A stretch of 64,000 nt of DNA from Balanoglossus misakiensis (taxonomy: Eukaryota; Animalia; Hemichordata). Positions 53,965 through 64,000 of this stretch are shown one piece after another; position 1 is the first letter of the stretch; every line of letters begins with the position of its first letter. The stretch is from assembly GCA_040954595.2 (NCBI GenBank), contig CM082577.2:17243903-17307902 (forward strand). The letters run 5' to 3'. The position numbers were made by a program, and so were the translations under genes. Under the pieces are notes generated by a model. The model was not told the origin of the DNA. It did no database searches and was given only the letters and a program-made list of their open reading frames with translations.

Positions 53965-55160
53965 ACCTATGAGATGGCACCTGTTGAATCAACTTCTGAA
54001 AGTTGCGATGGTAATGATGATGCCCCTGAAGGGCAACCATGAGTACTAGTTATATTGCCGAAAACCTGTTACTTTGGGTATTCATCTTTGTCAGGTAACA
54101 AGCGGTAAGTTGATATTTCACATAAAATGGAACTTTCGAAATTGTGATTGCATGTATGTGGTGATTGACACCAAGGGAGAATAGCTTTGCAGTCTCAGTA
54201 GCTGAGAGTCTTTTCTGTCATGTACAGTTATTCTGGAATCCAGACTGGCATGTTTTTTCGTTCTGCTTCAACACACTTATTCCAGACTAATGTACAGTTG
54301 AATAACATTAACAATAACACCAACAAATTGTATTATATTATTAATATCATGCAGCATATGAATCGACCCGTGTACAGTCTTATTGATATGTCTTGCTTCG
54401 AAAGTTGGAAATGGAAACATGAAACTCTGTCGTTTTATTTTTATTTTGTTGAACACAATGTGTCAGTTTTCATTTTTCGATTATGGTCAAACTGCGCAAA
54501 AATTGACAATGTCAGATAATAATCCAAGAAAAATAACTCAGAGTTTTCTCACATGCACATACTACGATGTTATACTGGTAATTCCGTGCACTTTGTTTGA
54601 CACTTCACTTAAAAGATGTCCTCATATGGGCAAAATTTGTGAAGTTGAACTATGACTAACTTATTCATATAGCTAGGCTGAAAAATGTTATACAATGCAT
54701 TCTGTTTCACCTTCACAAACTGACCATTACAGTGTAGAAAATTCATTATTTTCAAAATATTTTACAAAACAGGAATTCTCTTCTATAAGGAGTGGGAATT
54801 TTATACCGTATTATCATAGAAAATTTAACAGATTTCTTTATTTTCAGTGTATCCAGTGATGATAATATGACATTGAAGAAAAAGAAGATGAAGATTGAGA
54901 CACAGTATAGGCGTACTTACTCGTGGAAAGAGGCAAGTTTCAACTGAATTTATAAATCCAGTTTGCTTTTCAACTAAGAAGAGTTGAATTATCTGTATTA
55001 ATTAATTTTAAAATTAAAAATTATTTTCCAACACATAACCATCAGTGACTTTCCTACGTTCTAATAAACCACACTATTGTTTATGTTGCATGCAGTTATT
55101 ATGTCCATGAATTAGTTCGGATTTGTAAATGTAATATGTGGACTGGTATTTTACTTTTAG

Positions 55161-57148
55161 ATTGATGATGCTATTGCAGATGTCAGCTCTAACTCTTCAA
55201 GCGATAGTGAAAGGTACATTGTGTTTTGTTATTTTTGAAACATTTATAAACACATAATTATGGGACTTCCTTGATGGCTGTGCATGATGACATTTGTTTT
55301 CAAATGTTACACTAATGTGTTAATTAAATGATTGCTTAATACAAAACATTACCGATATGGAAAGTTATTTATTTTAAGTTTATGTTTTCTGCCTAATTTC
55401 AGTACTTCAACACATGTTTCAAGTGGGACACCCTGCAACAAGAGTTTGTATTCTATACATAAGGAAAGAATAGCATACTTTATCGATAGCTATATATGGT
55501 TTTGAAAGTAAAATGAATGAAAATCTGATTCATTTTTGGCATATTGCACATATTTCTTTGAATCTGATAAATATGTAATAAACATGTAGTTGATAATGAT
55601 TTCCCTTTTGACAATCTAACATTTTGTTCATAAAACATAATGATGCATATATCTGTACTGATATTATGTTGAATCTGTAGGTCTTATCATAACTTGGAAG
55701 AAAACCCACATTACTTTGTTTACATTTTCTAAGATAACATATTTGGAATGATCTCTTACAGGAGAAAAAGATTGCTGCAAGTCAGATTTCTACTGCTGAG
55801 ACAACTGTTATCAGCTCTGACTCTGAGTCTGGCCCTAATACCTGTAATCATGACAGGTAAGATATTACAAACAACTGTTAGTTGTCTTGGATTTCATTTA
55901 GTTTATGCAAAGGTGTGAGTCTATTTGTGTAAAATCACTTTGCTTCCTCCCATTTACAGAGAGAAGTCAAATTGTTCTGGTTCTTTCTGTTTTTATAATT
56001 GTTTAGCAGCCATTATTTCCTTCTGTCGGGTTATGGGCAAGTGACTCAGGGAAGGGTCTCATACTTTCTAATTGTTATAGTCACGTTTCCATGTTACAGA
56101 AACAATAAAATTACCCAATCCACAAATATTGATAACATTAATTTTTGTAAATAATTTGTTTTCAGTGAAAGTGCAGATTCAAATGACCCTGGACCAACAG
56201 TATACAATAACAACCCAGATTTACCAATCATTGCCCATAGACGAAATTCTGGTATACCAACAGCTGAAGTAGTTTCTCTTCTATTGAAGCCGGGTGACGA
56301 GTGTAACATTGCCACAGGATGTCATGTGTGATGGGAATGGAGCATGGGAGACCAAGGGAACCAAAACACTGTGTTACGCATACTCTGCTGAACATGATGA
56401 ACTTGAACAGGTTCACACAAGTAACTTTGGGACACAAGATGTGTATTAGGTAACACGTCGGCAGTATGTAAATAAGAGTTCTACAGATTTTCACCGTGTT
56501 ATTATAAGGGTAACAGAGTGTAATGGGGTTGACAAGGAGTTAGCTTTTATACAATATTACTTTGATGGACCTGAACATAAAATATCAATAAAGAAGCACG
56601 GAAATTCCACAAAAGAAAGTGCATATGTGAGAACATTTGAATCAACAAAATCAAAAATAAAATCTTTGGCTAGTTCTCGTAAAGCAAAATCAGTGTTTCA
56701 TGACATTTTAGAGGATGGTGGTGGTGTTATGAATATGAAGTCAGTTGGACAGCTTCCTCGAAATCAACAGCAAATAACAAATTACCGACATAATTCAAAA
56801 AGTAAAGAGGTGTTGGAAAAAGATGATGTGGTAGAGTTTATGGAAATTTCGAAAAATGAATGTGACAAACCATCTGCCTTCGTGAGATCAGTGTAAGTAT
56901 CTCTGGAATTAATGGTCATTTTGGCAAATAATGCACAGTTGAATGACATAGAAAAATACTGCACCAAACCTGGTCACTTTTGTGTGATGGGCGTAGACCC
57001 AACTTACAATTTAGGGAATTTTTATGTGACCATAACAACGTATCGACACCTAATGTTGCAGACTAAACAGGGATCAACCTGTGATGATTGGCCCTACTTT
57101 AATCCATCAACGGAAAAAAATGTGAATGCTATTTTGAATTGCCATCAT
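55161..57148 (+). pseudogene. Intron-containing MULE-like DDE transposase pseudogene (N-terminal part)
   Basis: Small Ser/acidic exons (55161-55213, ~55762-55856), then a disrupted frame from 56165: GQLPRNQQQITNYR...FVRSV*...CVMGVDPTYNLGNFYVTITTYRHL...(frameshift)PVMIGPTLIHQRK. Has a premature stop and frameshifts, and ends before the second catalytic Asp. Confidence 0.6.
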
Positions 57149-57149
57149 C

Positions 57150-59256
57150 GAGCTCGTATACCCATTTACCGACATAACCTGGGCTAAATTTTCACACTGC
57201 GCAGAAAAAAGGAAGTTGTTAGATGGCCCAGAAAAAGAAATTTCCTTGCAATGTCTTCAAGAATGGCGACACACGTACGGCTTTCATCGCCAATGTTATC
57301 AACGTTTCACTGATAAACGCCGTATCGCTCAAGCTGACATACGTAAAGAGAAAGGTAGGGATCGAAAACCTGTTACACCTGAGTTACAACAGCCCATTGA
57401 ATCGCCTAATGATAATGAACACATGCAACCACCGGCTAAACGGTATTTGAGGTCTGACTCCGGCTCCAGTTCTATGCCATCACTACGTAGAAGTGTGCAC
57501 GTTTTACCAGCACGTTTTACCAGCGGAAATTCGACCCATTCAGAAAGGTTCAATCGCTAGAGAAACTGACTTCCTGCGAAACCGATGGGAGAACATTGAT
57601 CAAAGCAGCCGAATTTAAAGGCGATGAGAAACTGCTCCTTCAGATAAGAGATAAAGACTTGGTGAGCCTTGAAGTAAAGTACCATGGGACGTGTTATAGG
57701 AACTACACAAGGTGTGTAACCGATGATCCGTACCAACGGGTAGAAGAGGAAGATAGCCAAATTATGTATGCCTTTTCCTTCAAGAAATTCTGCACTGAAG
57801 TGATAGATATTAAGAAGATTATTGATGACGAGGAAGTAATTCGGATTACAACCTTGAGAAATATATTTGTAGATATGATTCAAGAAAGTGAAGGTATTGA
57901 TGCAAGTTCATATCACAATAGCAACTTGAAGAAGAGAATCAAGAACAGATATGGTGAAAGAATAGACTTTATTCGCCCACACTATCGTATGTGTGAGCTC
58001 GATATGGCTCATAGAGAACAGTCTACCACTTCTCTTTTGAACATGACTGATACAGATTCAGAAAGTGACACAGATGAAAGCATGCACATGCATGAACCAA
58101 TGGGCAAGCCAGATCATGGAGATACATGTAATGATGATCTGCGTAATTTGTATCATACATCAATGCTGATACGTGACATTATCAATGGCGCTGGAAGTGT
58201 GAAGACTTGGCCTCCTAAAGCTGAAGACCTAACAATGCAGCAGTGTGAAGATATGGTACCAGTGAAACTGTTCAACTTCTTAGCATGGTGTACTGGTGCA
58301 TCAGATGTTATTTGCACAGATGGCCCTGTTGAAGTCCCCACAGCTATGAAGAACAAACTCTTATCAATATGTCAGGATTTGATATTTGTGTCATCACAAG
58401 GAGGGAAACTCACACCAAAGCATATAGCTTTGGGCTTGACAGTGCGGCATATGACAGGGTCATCATTCATGATCGGGTTATTGAACGGACTTGGCCACTC
58501 TGTTTCACACTCACTTGTTTTAGAACATGATACAGCTCTTGCGCTTCAGCAACTCCAAGGAGATATCATACCACAAGGTTTTATGCAAGGTGCGTTTACA
58601 ACACTGGTGTGGGACAACAATGACTTTGGTGAAGAAACTTTAAGTGGTAAGTTGTTTGCTAATATTTTATGTACATTCAGGTTGCATAGCTATGTAGCTG
58701 TGATAACATATATGTAAAGTACTATACCATACATAACAGGAAACAGATACCCATTAAGAATAATGTATATATTCAATTCACCACATGATACAAAACATAA
58801 ATTTGCCTGTATGGCTGGTTACGACTTCGTTTGAAATTTATGTATGTATTTGAATTCACTTTTAATTCACTTTTAATCATTTCACCACGTTCAATCGCCC
58901 GATAATGTTAGAGTTTGACAAAGGATCAGCAGTTCTTAGCAATGTTTCAGTGAGAAGTATAATTTGTGAATCAAATCATTTGAAACAAAGCGCGCATTGT
59001 GAACGGTATGGGCCTCTAAATCAATAGTTGTCGTTTATTACTTGAAGTCACTCAACAGTAGTGTAAATGTTTCAAATGTAATGATTGTGTACGCACAAAT
59101 ACATATTATTTCTCAAACTTTTCTACAGGCTAAGGGACAACGCACAACACAAATGGAATTATCATTCAGAGAAAGTCAGCAATTGAAACTGCTGACAGTA
59201 TCCCAGTTTCATCTACTTCGGATGTGATACCAAAATCCAAACAAAGGACCTTGCAA
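57150..59256 (+). pseudogene. Second, unrelated DNA-transposase pseudogene (widespread invertebrate family; CMC/Chapaev affinity suspected)
   Basis: FHRQCYQRFT...KAAEFKGDEKLL...EVKYHGTCYRNYT...TPKHIALGLTVRHMTGS...LNGLGHSVS...VWDNNDFGEETLSG, an intron (58647-59128), then KGTTHNTNGIIIQR. Frame broken near 57540; truncated at both ends. Confidence 0.7.
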
Positions 59257-60051
59257 CTGTATCACCCCAATATGTAATAATTAACCCAATATGTAATACT
59301 AACCCAATATGTAATAACGCCTTAACCCAATATGTAATACTAACCCAATATGTAATAACACTTAACCCAATATGTAATACTAACCCAATATGTAATAACA
59401 CTTAACCCAATATGTAATAAACTTTAATTCTACATGTAATAAACGTTATCAGCTAGCTGCATATGTAATAAGCGTTAACCCTATATGTTATAGACTTGAA
59501 TTTTACATGAAATAAACGTTTTCAGTTAACCCTATATGTAATAAACGTTAACCCTATATGTAATAAACTTTAGTTCTACATGAAATAACGTTAATTCTAC
59601 ATGAAAAAATACGTTATTAGTTAACCCTATATCTAATAAACTTTATTTCTACATGAAATAACGTTAATTCTACATGAAAAAAAAACGTTTTTAGTTAACC
59701 CTATATGTAATAAACTTTAACCCTGTATGTAATTAACTTTAACCCAATATGTAACACTAACCCAATATGTAATACCACTTAAACCAATATGTAACACTAA
59801 CCCAATATGTAATAACACTTTAACCCAATACGTTTATTTCATGTAAAATTCAAGTCTATAACATATAGGGTTAACGCTTATTACATATGCAGCTAGCTGA
59901 TAACGTTTATTACATGTAGAATTAAAGTTCATTACATATTGGGTTAAGTGTTATTACAAATTGGGTTAGTATTACATATTGGGTTAAGTGTTATTACATA
60001 TTGGGTTAGTATTACATATTGGGTTAATTATTACATATTGGGGTGATACAG
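59257..60051. mobile_element. Foldback element built from 18-22-bp minisatellite units
   Basis: CTGTATCACCCCAATATGTAATAATTAACCC at the left end and its exact reverse complement at the right end. Many AACCCAATATGTAATA units. No TSD. Confidence 0.8.
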
Positions 60052-63000
60052 CTAACGAACGCTAGTGTCTGTCATAGTGTGCCGGGGTTTTAGTTGAGCC
60101 AAGCCGTAGGAGATCAGACTTGATCAACGTGGTCTCTGTACGCGTGTTTCTGCTCTAGAGTGCCTGGGCTTTAGCCAAGCTATGCCGTAGGAAATCTGAC
60201 TTGATCAACGTTGCTACCGAACGCTAGTGTCTGTCATAGTGTGCCGGGGTTTTAGTTGAGCCAAGCCGTAGGAGATCAGACTTGATCAACGTGGTCTCTG
60301 TACGCGTGTTTCTGCTCTAGAGTGCCTGGGCTTTAGCCAAGCTATGCCGTAGGAAATCTGACTTGATCAACGTTGCTACCGAACGCTAGTGTCTGTCATA
60401 GTGTGCCGGGGTTTTAGTCGAGCCAAGCCGTAGGAGATCAGACTTGATCAACATGGTCTCTGTACGCGTGTTTCTGCTCTAGAGTGCCGGGGCTTTATCC
60501 AAGCCATGCCGTAGAAAATCTGACTTGATCACCGTTGCTAACGTACGCTAGTGTCTGTCATATTGTGACGGAGATTTAGCCGAGCCAGGCCATAGAAAAA
60601 TCGACTTGTTCAACGTTACCAGTGTGCAACTGTTTCTGCTCTAGAGTGTCAGGGTTTAAGCCGACTTATGCTGTAGGAAATCTGAGTTGATGAACAGGAA
60701 TTCAATGTTAGAAAACCCGTGTGGAAAGTATCTCTACCCGTTTGAAACTAAGAAAAGAATTTATTCTTATTTATTTTGTAAAAAAGACAATTTTTCGAAA
60801 AAAAGTCGAAAATGGTAATTTTGTCTTGGGTGATTCAAATTATCTCGCCTTTTCTGGAATTTGCAGCACTTTTTACAAGAGAACGACACTTCATGCTCCA
60901 TAATATTTCTGAAAATGAAGAAAAGAGTTAATTTTTTATGATTTTTTAAAAATTTACAATTTTTGTCAAATATGGCCAAAATGGCTATTTTTTCTTGAAT
61001 TCCGTCAATATCTCTGCATTTTTTGAGTGGTCGAAAGTTTTAACATACAATCAACATGTCATATATGATCAGGGTACCAAATTCGAAGAACAAAGGTTTT
61101 TTTATTATTTTTTCTAAAAATGACATTTTCAAGGAAAATTTGGTAAAACGCAATTTTGTCTGCAGTGAGCCAAATTAGACGGTCTTTTGTGGAATTTGTA
61201 TCGATATATACATACGAAGAGCATTCAATACTCCATCAGATTTCCGAAAATGTAGAAAACAGTTATTTTTTGTAATTTTCAAAAATTTACCATTTTGACC
61301 AAATTGTGGCTAAAATTGTTATTTTCGTGTTGAATGCCGCCAGTGTCACTGCTTTTAAAAGTCATAAAACCTTTGAACATACAAGCAATTGTTTATATAT
61401 GATCAGGTCACCGAATTAAAAAAATAAAGAATGTTTTGCCTAAAAATGACCTTTTTGGTGCAAAAACGAATAAAACGCAATTTTGTATTAAATCAGCTCA
61501 TTCAGAGTGCATTTTTTATAATCAGCACCATTTTTACATATAATGGAAATTTCATACATCATCAGATATCCAAATATGAAAAAATGATTTAGATTTTAGA
61601 TGATTGTCCAAAATTAGCTGATATCTAATAAATGTAGTATTGAACCGTTCTGTTCCCCCCCCCCCCTACATTATATGCCGTACGCCGATGTAAGCTAACC
61701 CGGCAGTACTGCAGGCCGTGCCCCCAACTAACGTCGGTGTTTGAAACGCCCTGGTTAAATTCGGGCTTTCTCTATAAATTGACAGGCAATAATGCAGTCC
61801 TACCCGAACAAATGTCGAGTGTTGACCCGCTGTGACTTTCCCTCTTCGGTTTGCCCGACTTAGCCACCGTCTTTGTACTAGAGTGTCGGGTCTTTTGCAG
61901 AGCCAGGCCGAAGGAAATCCGTCTTGATCACCGTTGCTAACGAACGCTAGTGTCTGTCATGGTGTGCCGGGGTTTTAGTCAAGCCAGGCCGTAGGAGATC
62001 TGACTTGATCATCGTGGTCAATGTACGCGTGTTTCCGCTCTAAAGTGCCGGGGCTTCAGCTAAACCAGGCCGTAGGAAATCCGACGTAATCACCGTTGAT
62101 AACTTACGCCAGTCTGTGTCATATAGAGCCGGTGCACCAGCCGAGTCACGCCGTAGGAAATCTGACTCGATCAACGTGGTCAATGTACGCCTGTTTCTGC
62201 TCTAGAGTGCCGGGGCTTCAGCTGAGCCAGGCCGTAGGAAACCCGACGTGATTACCGTTGTTAACTTACGCCAGTCTGTGTCCTATACTGCCGGGGCATC
62301 AGCCGTGCCAGGCCGAAGGAAATGTGAGTTGATCAACGGGGTCTCTGTACGCGTGTTTCTGCTCTAGAGTGCCTGGGCTTTAGCCAAGCTATGCCGTAGG
62401 AAATCTGACTTGATCAACGTTGCTACCGAACGCTAGTGTCTGTCATAGTGTGCCGGGGTTTTAGTTGAGCCAAGCCGTAGGAGATCAGACTTGATCAACG
62501 TGGTCTCTGTACGCGTGTTTCTGCTCTAGAGTGCCTGGGCTTTAGCCAAGCTATGCCGTAGGAAATCTGACTTGATCAACGTTGCTACCGAACGCTAGTG
62601 TCTGTCATAGTGTGCCGGGGTTTTAGTCGAGCCAAGCCGTAGGAGATCAGACTTGATCAACATGGTCTCTGTACGCGTGTTTCTGCTCTAGAGTGCCGGG
62701 GCTTTATCCAAGCCATGCCGTAGAAAATCTGACTTGATCACCGTTGCTAACGTACGCTAGTGTCTGTCATATTGTGACGGAGATTTAGCCGAGCCAGGCC
62801 ATAGAAAAATCGACTTGTTCAACGTTACCAGTGTGCAACTGTTTCTGCTCTAGAGTGTCAGGGTTTAAGCCGACTTATGCTGTAGGAAATCTGAGTTGAT
62901 GAACGGGAATTCAATGTTAGAAAACCCGTGTGGAAAGTATCTCTACCCGTTTGAAACTAAGAAAAGAATTTATTCTTATTTATTTTGTAAAAAAGACAAT

Positions 63001-64000
63001 TTTTCGAAAAAAAGTCGAAAATGGTAATTTTGTCTTGGGTGATTCAAATTATCTCGCCTTTTCTGGAATTTGCAGCACTTTTTACAAGAGAACGACACTT
63101 CATGCTCCATAATATTTCTGAAAATGAAGAAAAGAGTTATTTTTTTATGATTTTTTAAAAATTTACCATTTTTGTCAAATATGGCCAAAATGGCTATTTT
63201 TTCTTGAATTCCGTCAATATCTCTGCATTTTTTGAGTGGTCGAAAGTTTTAACATACAATCAACATGTCATATATGATCAGGGCACCAAATTCGAAGAAC
63301 AAAGGTTTTTTTATTATTTTTTCTAAAAATGACATTTTCAAGGAAAATTTGGTAAAACGTAATTTTGTCTGCAGTGAGCCAAATTAGACGGTCTTTTGTG
63401 GAATTTGTATCGATATATACATACGAAGAGCATTCAATACTCCATCAGATTTCCGAAAATGTAGAAAACAGTTATTTTTTGTAATTTTCAAAAATTTACC
63501 ATTTTGACCAAATTGTGGCTAAAATTGTTATTTTCGTGTTGAATGCCGCCAGTGTCACTGCTTTTAAAAGTCATAAAACCTTTGAACATACAAGCAATTG
63601 TTTATATATGATCAGGTCACCGAATTAAAAAAATAAAGAATGTTTTGCCTAAAAATGACCTTTTTGGTGCAAAAACGAATAAAACGCAATTTTGTATTAA
63701 ATCAGCTCATTCAGAGTGCATTTTTTATAATCAGCACCATTTTTACATATAATGGAAATTTCATACATCATCAGATATCCAAATATGAAAAAATGATTTA
63801 GATTTTAGATGATTGTCCAAAATTAGCTGATATCTAATAAATGTAGTATTGAACCGTTCTGTTCCCCCCCCCCTACATTATATGCCGTACGCCGATGTAA
63901 GCTAACCCGGCAGTACTGCAGGCCGTGCCCCCAACTAACGTCGGTGTTTGAAACGCCCTGGTTAAATTCGGGCTTTCTCTATAAATTGACAGGCAATAAT
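60052..64000. repeat. ~2.2-kb higher-order tandem repeat, about 1.8 units visible, running off the window
   Basis: 60721 matches 62930 (offset 2209) and 61720 matches 63927 (offset 2207). Each unit has a block of ~81-bp monomers arranged as 162-bp dimers and an AT-rich block with a ~334-bp period. Confidence 0.9.

Noticed and set aside
60052-60700. Conserved core with variable flanks as a repeat-spacer array
   Set aside because: The variable parts alternate between two homologous types, so this is a dimeric satellite.
60721-60979. Duplicated small ORFs (also 62930-63188)
   Set aside because: Chance frames within the AT-rich satellite block.
61690-61720. CACGG-type (CMC) transposon terminus at ...GGCCGTG
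   Set aside because: No partner TIR was found, and the sequence on both sides recurs in the next tandem unit, so it is not demonstrably an end.

Overview
AT-rich, intron-rich animal genomic DNA, probably from a marine invertebrate (taxon cannot be fixed from sequence). The main feature is a + strand gene I traced by hand as 57 coding exons (14946-50460). All introns are GT-AG with consistent phases, and the exons sum to 10,491 nt, or about 3,496 aa. The product is a giant secreted protein: signal peptide, EPN-type C-type lectin domain, EGF/Cys-rich modules, about 20 FN3/Ig-like repeats and an internal galactose-binding-fold (CBM/DUF642-like) module, with no membrane anchor. It lies head-to-head with the first coding exon (628-819, - strand) of another secreted protein whose N-terminus resembles a vitellogenin/large lipid transfer protein. 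The intergenic region and introns are full of nested non-autonomous DNA transposons: Harbinger-like (TTA TSD), Mutator-like (9-bp TSD), Kolobok-like (TTAA TSD), IS3EU-like (TATGG..CCATA ends) and hairpin-ended Crypton-like relics. These include a 3.4-kb foldback element carrying a mirrored SAM-like ORF. Also present are an intronic tRNA-Glu with a 2-nt anticodon-loop deletion, LINE fragments, two fused transposase pseudogenes, a minisatellite foldback and a ~2.2-kb higher-order tandem repeat. Family names come from recalled motifs, not database searches.
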